In this document: in pieces, positions 37,292-49,391 of the stretch
How positions within the stretch are numbered: the first letter of the stretch is position 1
Layout of the letters: each line of letters begins with the position of its first letter
Assembly (NCBI GenBank): GCA_965178125.1
Contig: OZ237740.1
Coordinates: 248,001-312,000 of the forward strand
Source of the DNA: Bilabrum cf. latius
Lineage: Eukaryota
Length of the DNA: 64,000 nt
Direction: 5' to 3'
Position numbers and translations under genes: made by a program
Notes under the pieces: model-generated
What the model was told of the DNA's origin: nothing
What the model saw: the letters and a program-made list of their open reading frames with translations, nothing else
The model's database searches: none

Positions 37292-40200
37292 TCACTTGCA
37301 CGTGGCATACACAGTGGACACACCACGTCCCTGAATGTCAAGCTCGTAGTCCTGTTCCGGTACTCCGACAGCCAGGGCGCGCCTGGATGCATCGTAGCGA
37401 GCTTGCTCTGCATCATTCAGGGTCTGTTCGGGCGTCGAGAACCAGCCTGAATCTAGACGCCTGTGCTCTCTCTCTGCTTTGGCATACTCTGCACGAGCCG
37501 CCTCCAGCCCGCGCCTGGCATCATCAGCCTCGCCAGCCGACGTCGGAAGGTAATGGTCCAGCCAGTTCATACCAGTACCACCCGTCGCCATCACCTGCAG
37601 GCACATGTGAGTGCTGGTGTGACGGTGCTTCTGAGTGGTAGGGAACGGCTTCAGGTCCGACTCAACGTGGAAGGGGTGTCCGAAATTCACACCGAGGACG
37701 GCGCGCATTGCCGTCGTCGGGCCGAAGCTTCTGGTCTCCGCCATGGATTCCAGCCGAGGATACAGACTGCTACCACGACTCCCGCTGTTGCAAGCTGATG
37801 GCAATTGAATCAAAAGTGGAACTGGTTTGCCGGGCAGCGGCTTCCCATACAGAGTCCAGGTGCCTGCCACAGGGAGCCTCTTGCCGATTGAAGTAGCGTC
37901 CTGCCCTGGCTCAGATCCAGCAGCGGATGTGCCAGCGTCTGCAAACATCGTCAGTGGGGCCACGCGATCCACCGACACTTCCAGAAGCATTGCAGGGCTC
38001 GCCTTATTCACCGCGCTCTTGTGCTCATGATTCCAGCTCAGCTGAATGCCATATTCATACTACATCGGTGCATCATCCAGCTGACAAGACGTCAACCCCC
38101 GCCGCAGCCCGCTCAGCCCATACGACTGCAGCTTGAACGTGCTAGCCACATCGGCCGGATCCACCTTGCGGTAGATTACGTGGACTCCCCCGATGCTGTC
38201 CTCTCGCCCCTTCGCACTCGGACTCGGACTCGGCGATGCATCAGGCGACCCCTCCTCGTCGTGCTGCAGCTTACCAGCCGTGTACACGCCGGCCTCGGAC
38301 CGAAGCAGGCTGCCCTCCACCGCGCGGAAGAGCGGCTTCGTATTGCACTTCTCGCTCCCGATGCTGTGCAGGCCACCCCACACAAGCTTCTTCTTCGTGG
38401 CCCCCGGCAGCTTGATCTCCACAGGACGCACGTATCCCACTTCCAGCGGCGAGCAGAACGAGGACGCCAGACACACGTGCCGGGCCTGGCACAGACCATA
38501 CGGCTCTGAGTCGCCCTTGACACCGCACCTAGGCAGCGGGTGCCTGCACACCCCTCCCTCCTGCTCCGCCTCTTCGCGGTACTTATCCGGGCAGTAGTCG
38601 CCAGTGCCCAGGATCGCATGCAGGGCGCGCTTCCGGATCGCTTCGAGCTGGGTCAGCCGGCACGTCTCTCCCAGCAGCGCCTCTTTCCCCTCGGGCAGCG
38701 GCCTGCCGTACTTGTGCTCGAATGACGTGCACTCCAGGCTAGACGGCGGCTGGTATCGAGTGCTTCCGCGCTTGCCGCACGCCAGGTGGATGCCGCTGCC
38801 ATCGCCCCCAGCGGACCCATCAGCCCCTGACTCGCCAGAGACATACGACATGTAGTGTGACACGGAGCTGAGGCACGCCCTGCACGCGTCTGTCGCCTGC
38901 TGGTGGTACTCGTTGACGATCTTGGTGGTGGTGCTGCCGTCCGGATGCCTGTGCTCGTGCTCTGACTCGAACTTGTTCACGAGAGCAAACTCCGAGTCGT
39001 TCAGGTGGCAGGACTTGCGGAAGGCCTCGTGCTTCCTGGCCATCTCGTCGCAGTCCTGCAGCGGGTACGGCTTGGCCTCTGGGAATCCATTCGCGCTGCC
39101 CTCGTTGTGGATCTTGATCAGGTAGTTGAGCACCTCCTCGCAGTCTGCCCTGGGCAGGCCCGTCTCAGCCGACAGCCGCAGCAGCGTGCTTGCACCGTGC
39201 GACGCAAACACATTGTGCGAGGCCTGCCGAATGCGCTCCTGCATGGCGGCTTCGATGAGGAACTTCCTGGCCTTGGCGGCTTGCAGCACCTGGGATAGTG
39301 GGATGTCCTTGAGCTCATTGCCGTCGGCGTCCAGCATCTAGGTATCTCCGGACATGAAGCACATCCGCCCGACCGCTTCCATGCTCTCCACCCTGCCGCG
39401 GCTCGACCGCTTGCCTGCCTCCATCGCTATGCGGGTGCACGCCTCCCAGTCGCCGAAGAGAGCCAGGCCGTGCAGGGCCCAGAACTTCATGTCCACCACG
39501 GCCGGCATCGTGTCCACCGTGGTGGCCCAGCGCTTGAGCCCAGCCATCATCGTCTCGCGGTCCTGCGTGGCACTGACGAGGCTGGGCTCGCCTCCCCTGA
39601 CGCTCACCGTGACGTCTGTGGCGAGCTGAGCAGTGCGCCGAGACTTGCCGGACGACCACGCCGCGCTGAGATCCAGTCCTGCCTTGCCCCCACTGGAGGC
39701 CAGCTCTGCCAGCTGCAGGGCCCGTTGGATGGTGGGCCCGTCCTCGCGGATGGAGCTGGTCTTGTACGAGGTGTCCACGACTTCCTCCCGCCCGTCCACG
39801 ATGCGCGTGTACTTGGTGCTGGCGGTGGTGGTGTGGTTGGAGCGAGACGCCGTGAGGATATCACCGACTGAGATGGACTCTGCCGGGTCGAAGCTGGCCT
39901 GCAGGGAGAGGGCGGTGTCGGTGTGCTCGTCCGTGGAGAGCTTCTCGGAGCTGAACTTGCGGGTGACGGTGTACTCCCCTCCCATCGCGATGCTCGTGGA
40001 CACGAGTTCACCATACGTGTTAAGGAATCCAAGGTACTGATCCTGTACCCAATCAGGGACAGAGGCCCACAACTTCTGAAGGCCCTCGCGGCCGAGCGCC
40101 TTGCCAGGATAGAAGTCTTTGATGTACTCCACAGCATTGGAGGTGACGCGTAGTTGCAGAACTGCTCTCTTGAACTCATCCGTAAGCAGCGTCTCGTCAA

Positions 40201-41146
40201 GCACCAGCTGGCACTCAATCGTTTCAAGTGCATCGTCAGTGGCTATTCCGATATCAAGGGGCCCTGCCCGTACTTCATGTGGCAGTAGCGGCGTAGTTGA
40301 TCCATCTTTCCTGGCCTTATCCAGGCAGCCGACAGCGTAGATGCTCTCTGGAACACTCAGTGAATGCGTCAAGATGGTGCGGGTGGTAGAAACGGTAGTC
40401 CCTTCATTAGCAGACTGCTGCGAAGAATCTGAAGACGTTGATGCGCTTATTCCAGCTACAATTGGACCTAAAGCGGCGCTGAGTCCGAGCTTGGTAGCGC
40501 GCTACGATGCCACATCGACGGCATCGCTACAGTGCTGCGCAGTACTGCTCGAAGTTGCCGTTGCCCTCCTCTACAGGTCAACCTGCGCAGCCATAAATCA
40601 ATTGAGGTTGCATCATTCTAGTCGTTTTTATTCATTTCATTTTCCAGTAGGCAGAATACCAGAATACCAGAATAATTTGTAGGCAGTATGACGAGTGTAA
40701 TGTTGCGCGCATTTCTTTTATTCGGATTTGGTTCTTGCGACCAAATTGTGGGCGCGCGCGCCCGGAAACATCGGGGGATCCGCATCATGGCTCCCAATGC
40801 GATCAATCCGCTCGAAATACAAACGAAGCAAGCTTACATCAATTCAAATATGATACTTAGCTCAAATTCTGTATAATCAAGATCTCACATAATCTGGGAC
40901 CCACACCATCCCCGTCGGCGGCAAAAAGTTACACTTTCCAGCAGCAATCGCTGTATTTTGTAGGACTTGACCGAGCTTGTAGTCCGGAAAACCGGTTTTT
41001 CCGATTGAAAGAGTTGAAAATGATGATCCTATGGCGTCCAAACCAGATACTGGCTTGCAGAGCTGGGCTGACCGCAATAGTTCATCTTCGGTAGCAGCTC
41101 GCACCTTGGTGCATGTAAGGGCAATCACAGCCAGCAAATAGTACAT
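37292..41146 (-). CDS. Secreted MACPF (perforin-like) protein A, ~1180 aa
   Basis: Signal peptide MYYLLAVIALTCTKVRA; intron 40583-40888; LTDEFKRAVLQL, YLGFLNTYGELVSTSIAMGG (MACPF signature-like), VSVRGG..WATTVDTMPAVV; Cys-rich C-terminal half; in-frame TAG 40571, 40502, 39338, 38060; ends TGA. Confidence 0.8.
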
Positions 41147-41435
41147 ATCTGCTGCAAAACGTTGAACAGGAGGCAATTTGAGACACCTGCGTGCTTCAAG
41201 CTGCAAATCTGTCAGAGTTGTGGTTGCAATTTGTCAACAGCATTTCCAGATTCGGAGCTGTCCAGGCGATGAGCAGACCTGTTTGCTCCACCTGCAGCTA
41301 TTTCCAACCACTAGCTGGGATAATAACGTCCATCTGGAAAGCATGCAGCTATTTTGTAACAATACAGTGCACTTGAAAGCTGCAAGGTGGCCGTGGCCAG
41401 GTGATGCAGGAATTGGCCAACGCCACCGGCTCTTC

Positions 41436-44400
41436 ATGCTGGCAGCTATTTTACTCTGCATGGCCCCGCTGGTCCGCTCGAAAACAACCAAGGGGCTCAA
41501 TCATACCATTATTGGTATGCATGAGCTGGGTAGAGGGCAGTCTGAGTGGACTCAAGATCCTATTCCGTCAATCCTTCTGTGAGCTCGCTCGATACTACAC
41601 ACACCATAAATCAAGAAGCTTTTCGACGCAATCCGATCGCCCGAGTAACCTGTTTAAATGATTTGGCGTCTACTACCTACGTTCAGCTCCTGTATTCCGT
41701 GTGTCGCAGGCTGTAGTGTGACGTGACAGCTGAAAAATCTCTGGGCTTCCTGTCGCTGCAAATCTTGCAAGGCAGCAATTCTCATGAGGCTCTTTAGTCT
41801 GCAGCATCCGGTATGATGCGTACAAGGGCTACTACGTACGATCCCCCAGCGACGCAGTGCACGGCTCTCGATCACCCCCTTCTGCAAGGCCAGTTGCTAC
41901 CCCATCATGTGGCCTTCCACCAGATGTCCCTCGCAACCTCAGAAAAAGACTGCCGGTCTTCCGACAGGGCAGTCAAAGCTTCAACCTCATCTTCGTACAC
42001 GATTGGACTGTCTGGTATGATCCCAACCCCTGTACTGACGCTCGACCTGGGGTTCTCGGTGTCCAGCAGCCACTCACTCGAGACTAGCACAGCCACTCAA
42101 GCCCGTGTTGTTTCAGTGTCAGAGACTCTCGAGACATACGGATTGAGCTTGCAGGGCCTTGCATTGACTCCTTCGTGTGAACAGAAGCAGGGAAGCGGCA
42201 TGGCATGCGTGTCTGGGTCATCCTTTCCCCTCAAGCAGCAGTACAAGCAGGCGGTTGAGTCGTTGCCTAGCCCACCGTCATGTTTGGAGAACAGCACCGA
42301 GAAGCTACCCGCGAGCGGCCTAAACCTTATGGGGCTGCATTTCCACCATAGCAGAGGTACAACCATGGTAGTCGCCACGGTCCTCGGCGGCAAGATCTCA
42401 CTGGTTTAGAGCTTCCAGCAGAACGAACGGGACGAGAATGAGGAGAGCGAGCAGTCCTATACCGCCGAGGTGTCCATGGAGAAGCTGTTAACGACAACGA
42501 CAGACATTGCAGTGTCAGAGGCAACTACTTCGCATCATTCTACTGTGTCAGATGGAGCCGGCGGAACCATCGAGCATACAACTGAGACAAAGGTCGTAGC
42601 GAGCCAAGAGACTGGACCTGAGGTGGTCAACGGCGACCGAGATTCTGCGGGCAGCCAGTACGCCAAAGGAGAAGCGGCAAAAGGGCTTGATTCAGTCATG
42701 ACTGTAGCCAAGGGGGCAATGGACGCTGCCAGTGGGGCACACCTTAAGCTGCAATTCGGCATGCAGTCAAAGCAGTCCCGGTCTTCCGCAGCAAGCGATG
42801 CTCTTGATCGTGTTCAAACAGAGGTGTCTGGAGGCATCGTTGGGCTGACGTCAGTGGCGCTCAGCCCTGAAGGGGGCGTCAGCGGGTCTGAGGCCGCATC
42901 GGCAGAGATTCATGGAGTGTCTCACTGGGTGGGGTCCGTCCAGTCCGGTGGCACACCCCAGAGCCGTACCACGCAGAGCTTGCCCGTGGCAATCGTGGAC
43001 GAATCAGGATGCACCCCTGCCAATAGCCTGGAAATGATGCTTGCCGTGGAGAACAAGCAGTGGTGGCGAAAGGAAGCCACGGACCCCTAGGAGCAGCCTA
43101 TCCAGGACCTTTCAGCGCCAGATGAGTCCATCTCTTCGGAAGAAGGCGAGGCCGGTGGCAGCGACTCCAGTCCGCGAGCACCAGAAATTGGCAGCCTCGA
43201 GCAAGACGAAGGTGGCGAGACCGATGCATTGCTGCAGACAGCAGTGCATGGGCACACAGAATCGGCGCTCGACCTGGCCTAGAAGGTGTTCGAAACCGTC
43301 CACCAGGACGGTAGCGCCAGCAAGCCTCTTCACAACGTGTTGAAACAGGCCGCCAGTAGCAGTTTGAGCAGCGCCCACTCCATCCGCTTCAAGAACTTCG
43401 GCACCTTGCTGCAGTCTGCAGCTATTGCCACGAGTCGGAATGGAGGGGAGTCCTGCAGGTCGCTGCCGGGGATCGCCCAGACCGCAACGAGCGTCCAAGT
43501 CCTCGAAGACATCGGCCTGATGTGCTGCCGCGGCGGAGTCCACTGCCTGCCACGCGATCGTTCAACTGCAACGATGAAAACTGCAATGCGTGCGGAGCAT
43601 GCAACTGCCTCGGAGTGGGTGGCGGCAGCCGGTGAGGCCAACGGTGAGAACGGCACCGTCACCCGAGCGCTGCTGGTTGCCGCTGCCGTAGAGCTGAGCA
43701 CGATCGCGATTCCAAGCGACGCTGTACTGGTCGTGTCGGCGTCGTGCTGGCAATCTGAAGCTGTTGAGGCCACGTCTGGCATCGGAGATCGAACGGTGGT
43801 GGCGTACTATGACCAGGACTTGGAGACGTGGCTTGTGGCAGACAAGGATGCACCCCGGCTGCTGACGATGACGGAAGCGTTCGGGTGCCTCCCAGCCGTG
43901 GACTTGTCCGAGGACGCCGAGGCTGCAATCCTGCTGCCCCGCAGCAAGACCGAGCACTTTGAGCCGAAGGCCTACGTTGCCGCGCTGCTCGCCTCTCGTT
44001 TCGTTGCCGAAGGAGACACCGAGCTACTACGCACGCTCATGACACGGGGCGTGATCAATTGGGCAGACATGGACCAGGAGCAGAGTTTCGCGCTGTAGGC
44101 CTACCAGCAGGAGCTAGAGGCTGCCGGTATTCTCCAAGCTAGTAGCAGCAGCAGCGACTCGGAGCGGAGCGCAATCCTGCTGCAGTCACAAGGAGCCTCG
44201 TTCTCCTCGTCCGTGCGACTGGAAAGAGGTCAGCACCGGAGACTGCGGCGGAATCGAGCAACGCGGCATGGGCATCTCCGGCACGATGCCGGGCATTCTG
44301 TCGCAGTCCAGCGTGGATTCCCTCATGTCAGGGTGCTGCAAGCGTCGCTGCGCGGGGTCGGGAGCATGCTACACGACGAAGACGTCAGTTTTCCTGCCTC

Positions 44401-44989
44401 ATACATCGACACCCTCGGTGCCGAGCGAGACCTGAGGTACAACGAGGAGAAGCTGTGGAAGCAGCACGACGAGTCGCTCCAGAAGGAGGTCTGCGTGAGC
44501 GGCGGCACGCACCGCGTGCTGGCCCGGCGGCAGTTCCTATCGAAGACCAAGCAAGTGCTCCTTAACCTTTACAAGCAGCTACGGGTTGTGAACAAACAGG
44601 CAGAGCACGTGACGGTGAGTGCGCTCGGTCTCGGCGAAAATCTATGCAAGAGGGATTCTGCACGCACAGGACGCAGGGGGCGCTCTGGGGTCATCTCTAC
44701 CCTGGGCACAGCAGGTGGGATCGCTCGGAAGGCAGCTCCTCAGTGTGAGGACAGCGCCGTCATGCATTCCACGTCCTCCGCCGTCAGGAACATCGCGAAA
44801 ATGTCCGATGGAGGCTCTAGCACAGCAACAGCTGTGGCAAGCGAGCTTCGGGAGACAGTGATAAGGCTGGCTAGAGCTCGGGTGGAGGCAGACACCCCGG
44901 AGGTGACTACCCCTGGTGGCGAAAGCGCTGGCGCGCACACGCCAGCTCGTGATGCCTAGCCCTAGGAGCAAGCACAAGCAACAGTTTGA
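41436..44989 (+). CDS. Secreted MACPF (perforin-like) protein B, ~1110 aa (5' exon structure inferred)
   Basis: Signal peptide MLAAILLCMAPLVRS, GMHELGRG; LKQQYKQAVESLP, FHHSRGTTMVVATVLGG, EVSGG..WVGSVQ; one frame 41807-44989 broken only by TAG (42407, 43088, 43280, 44096, 44957, 44963); ends TGA. Confidence 0.72.
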
Positions 44990-45002
44990 AGCGTTGGGTA
45001 AT

Positions 45003-45790
45003 TTTGACACGGTGGGAGTACGGTGCTGGCTGCAGGGGTGGCAGCAGCGCCTGAGACGGGTGGTCGCTTTTTGACACGGCGGGAGTACGGTGCTGGCTGC
45101 AGTGGTGGCAGCAGCGCCTGAGACGGGTGGTCGCTTTTTGACACGGCGGGAGTACGGTGCTGGCTGCAGGGGTGGCAGCAGCGCCTGAGACGGGTGGTCG
45201 CTTTTTGACACGGCGGGAGTACGGTGCTGGCTGCAGGGGTGGCAGCAGCGCCTGAGACGGGTGGTCGCTTTTTGACACGGCGGGAGTACGGTGCTGGCTG
45301 CAGGGGTGGCAGCAGCGCCTGAGACGGGTGGTCGCTTTTTGACACGGCGGGAGTACGGTGCTGGCTGCAGGGGTGGCAGCAGCGCCTGAGACGGGTGGTC
45401 GCTTTTTGACACGGCGGGAGTACGGTGCTGGCTGCAGGGGTGGCAGCAGCGCCTGAGACGGGTGGTCGCTTTTTGACACGGCGGGAGTACGGTGCTGGCT
45501 GCAGGGGTGGCAGCAGCGCCTGAGACGGGTGGTCGCTTTTTGACACGGCGGGAGTACGGTGCTGGCTGCAGGGGTGGCAGCAGCGCCTGAGACGGGTGGT
45601 CGCTTTTTGACACGGCGGGAGTACGGTGCTGGCTGCAGGGGTGGCAGCAGCGCCTGAGACGGGTGGTCGCTTTTTGACACGGCGGGAGTACGGTGCTGGC
45701 TGCAGGGGTGGCAGCAGCGCCTGAGACGGGTGGTCGCTTTTTGACACGGCGGGAGTACGGTGCTGGCTGCAGGGGTCGCAGCAGCGCCGA
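45003..45790 (-). repeat. Tandem array, ~11.7 x 67 bp, nearly perfect
   Basis: GACACGG units at 45006, 45073, 45140...45743; minus strand TCAAAAAGCGACCACCCGTCTCAGGCGCTGC is related to the 70-72 bp family. Confidence 0.95.
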
Positions 45791-45939
45791 AGACGGAGGC
45801 TCGCTGAACAACTGTACTCGCTTTATATTCTCTTTGTACGCAATGCACATGGTGCCATACGTACGCCACCAACGTGTCCAGCGCACCAGACCTACAGCAG
45901 CAGAGGCCACGGCGTCCGCCGCTTCACGCTACCGTGCCC

Positions 45940-46805
45940 TCATCCGATCATCCCGGATGCCGGTGATATTCCCCTACAGCGCCTACGGGCAGTGCTTTTT
46001 GTATCAGTGCCAAGCATGGATGCTGATGCGTCAGACGGAGGGTAATCTCTGTCGAACCTGCCATTGTCCCACTGCTGGATCCACTGCTCAGCTATGGCCA
46101 CCCTGGCGCGTTCTGGCATGGGGGCGGTTGCAACCCCGCCCCTCGACACAGCGCTTTGAACCTGCCCGGCGGCCCCAAGAGAGAACGCATCCGCGGCGGC
46201 GGGGTCGTAGGGGACATATTTCCGCCATATCTCGGGGCAGGCTGTCCAACGAGTGCCCACAAGCAGCCAGGCTGCAGGGCACGATGGTGCGGGGCATCGG
46301 CCTGGCGCTCCGGGGCCCTCGTCACACCGATTCCCAGCCCGTTTACCCACCTCACCCTCAAGCTCTTCACGGCTTCGATTCCGGATGGCTTCCAGGTTCG
46401 CTGCACCCATGGCTAGCTGCGCCGCGCATCGCAGCCGGTGCCTGCCCCTGCCGGATCCAGTGCCGGCACAGGCAGGCCCCTGGACAGCGGCAGCGGACAC
46501 ACGCCCACCCTCAGCCGCCTGCCCCGAAGATCCGTGCCAACCTCACCGCATTCCAATCTCATGTACTGCATGAGATCTATGCCCTCCATCCGTGAGAGCA
46601 CAAGCCCAGCGCACCCCCACCCCTCGACCACTCGGTACAGGCAAGGCACTCCCCTCACCACGACCCCGTCCCGACCAACCCCAGCACTGCCGTGCCATGC
46701 ATCCGACCGCTGTGTGGCCCCTGTCTCCACCAGCGCGAAGGCCTTCGCCCTCTCTAGTGCCTGTATCTCGGCGATCACGACCGACAGGTCTTCAAGCAAA
46801 GGCAC
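45940..46805 (-). pseudogene. Degenerate protein kinase fragment
   Basis: LVLSRMEGIDLMQY (hinge-like) and VGTRWTACPEIW..YDPAAADAFSLG (subdomains VIII-IX) lie in different frames; no HRD or DFG. Confidence 0.45.
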
Positions 46806-46955
46806 CGCATGCCTCGTGCTGCATGCTGTGGCAGCGCCGGTCAGCTGGGACCCTGAATCGCCACCTGGTTTGTAAACTCTTGCTCATGGCCATTCCCAGG
46901 ATATCAGCCCCACATTCCCGGATCACTCGAACAGCCCGCGATTCCAACAATCGGA

Positions 46956-47852
46956 TCAAAGCAGGTCAAGGGAGTCACCCGCCTGCCAGCCCTCGCCCTG
47001 CTGCCAGCCCACGGCCTCCCTGGCTTCTCTCCAGGCAGCAAACGTGGCCCACTTCACCATCATGGACCTGAAGGTGACGCAATCGGGCAGCAGCGGGGGC
47101 TCAAGCTCTGCCAGGGTTCTGATCACCGACTGTGTGGACGCGTTCTTGTAGTTTCCGGCCATGATGTGCAGGTCCTTGCCCTCCCACTCGAGCTCACTGG
47201 CGGCAGCCGCTTCGTTCACGATCGACCGCACCAAGCCTTGGACGTCGTGCGCAGTCGCGCCGGACAATGCGACAATGTGCGCGTGTGGAAATAGCCAGGC
47301 GGCATCTTCGGAGGTCTGCACCATGCCCAATTCCCCCATGAGCCCGCTGTCGTACAGCAGGCTGGCCAGGTGGTCCCGCCGCCGCTCGTGGGTCCACTCC
47401 GACCACGGCGGCGTCCCCGATTCGGTTGCTGCAGGTGGTTGCGTCATTCCTTGCGAAGTTGTAACCTCTCGCATCGGAAGCGCGACCTACTCCAAGATCT
47501 CGTCCGAATCGGCCGCTGTGTCGTTCGCGAAGTGGTCCTTTGCCAAGCGCACGGTCCGCCTCATCATGTCGTTTACTCCGCCCTGCTTCCTGGCTGCACT
47601 CAGCAGAGCCACCAGGGCCTTGGCGTAGTCCCGGGGCTCCCACCGCCTGTCTGCCTGCATCACAAGGCACGCCAGTGTTTCTTTCCTAAGTAGCGGTGGC
47701 AGTACGATGCCCTTGGGGTCTTGTGGGGTGCCCGCCGTCTTCTGCACTCTGGTAGAGACCTTTCTGGTGTGTGGGTCTCGGACGCGGATGGCCACCTGCA
47801 TGCGGGCCATCAGGAAGCGTATCGTCTGGCGTCCCCATCCTTGTTCCGTCAT
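46956..47852 (-). other. Chimeric ORF (~298 codons via TAG 47487), possibly starting with an RT fragment
   Basis: VAIRVR..STRVQKTAGTPQ resembles the RT GxPQG motif; the remainder is unrecognised. Confidence 0.3.
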
Positions 47853-49391
47853 GATGGCCTCGGGCTTTGGGGGATCTGATATTTTGTGGACTCAACTCAA
47901 AAGCGCACGCTATCACGAAGAAACATCTGGAGCTGATAGCGGCAACCAATGCGAACGCCCGACTACAGCGACGGATTTTCAAGCCCCACGGCTTGCTAAA
48001 GGATATAGAGAGGCAATGGGCCAAAGGCATGAGCGCGTGCATGCTCGCCTCTCTGAAGGATCGTGAGACGCAGAGACGGTCATGGAGGAGGAAATGGTGG
48101 GTCTCGACCGGGGACCCCGATGTGGGACTGGACCGCGCCTTGTGCCGGGCACACGCTCCGCACCTGTATGCTTTCTCCTTGTGAAGGCAACAGGCTGGGG
48201 GCCTGTGGGGGACCACACTGATGGCGAAAAATGGGAACTCGGCGGCATAGGCTGAGAACGGGGGGCCTTTGGCCTGAAAGGGTCGGGGGTCTTGTAGTCC
48301 TTTATTTTTAGGGCTCCTCTGGATCTAGGTGATCACCCAAACCCCCTCGGGGGCGACGGTGCATTTGGGTGTTTATGGAATCTTTACCCAACAATGTATT
48401 TCTGTATTTCTGTATTTTCTGGAACGAGGGCCCGGGACCTACCAGACTTCACGCTTCAGCTGCAATGGCCTAAACCACCTAAGCTCCACCCTGGGGACCC
48501 ATTTCCCCCTGGGGAGCGTCAGCGTTCACGTTCCCTCCGGCGCCCGCTGCCGGCACCCCGTCCTGCTGCCCGTTCTGAGCCAACCCTGCCTTGACGTTGG
48601 CGATCGCCACGGCGAGGTTGTTGTTTTCGGCTGCCCCTACAGCCAGGCTGGCAAAGTCCTCCCGGACCGCCCTTGCGAGCGCCCGTTTGGCCTTCGCTGC
48701 AGCCCTCCTCGATCCCCTCGGGCTCTCGATAGTTTTTGTTGCGTGTGATTATCTTAATACGTTATTACTAATTACAGGAGAGGAAGGGACGGAGGGCGCT
48801 GCCTGGGGCAGGCCTCCAGGAGGCGGGTCAGACCAGAAGAACGGGGAAGGGGCAGGAAGGTCAGGGCGTCCTCCACCCCCATGGCCCGACGGAGACGGGA
48901 ATGGGGACATGGGTGCAATGGGCTGGTGGAGTCCGGCACTCAATAGTCATCGCGACACCTCCTGCGCAGCAGATGGTGCCCATGACTCGGCTAAACTATT
49001 AACTTCTATTAGCCGAGTTCATGGAGCTGTCGTCTTGCCTGTGGTGGAGAACGCGCGAGGCCTCCGGTGGATTTTGAACTGGCAACAGTTTCCACAGAGC
49101 CGGAATCGGAAAGGAGCTGGCATGCCGGTGGTCGGGAAGCCCTCCTATGGGTATCGAGCCCGAGACTCCAGGAGTTTCAGTTGCGCCACAACCCCACCAC
49201 GGCGGGGTATAGGCGTTTCTGGATCATCCTGAGTGAGCTCGGAAGTCTCGATAAGTGCCACAGAGAATTAGTTTTGGGCGAGGGTCCAAGGCGAGGTCTC
49301 GAAGGTGATGATGACGATTGATTATGAAGATACGACTTTTTACAGGACTTTCGGAAAGGGATCTTCATTCTACCTAACCTCTTCTCATACT

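Noticed and set aside
48890-49232. Cytosine methyltransferase fragment (VVENARGL)
   Set aside because: Only one weak motif; no PC or FxGxG motif
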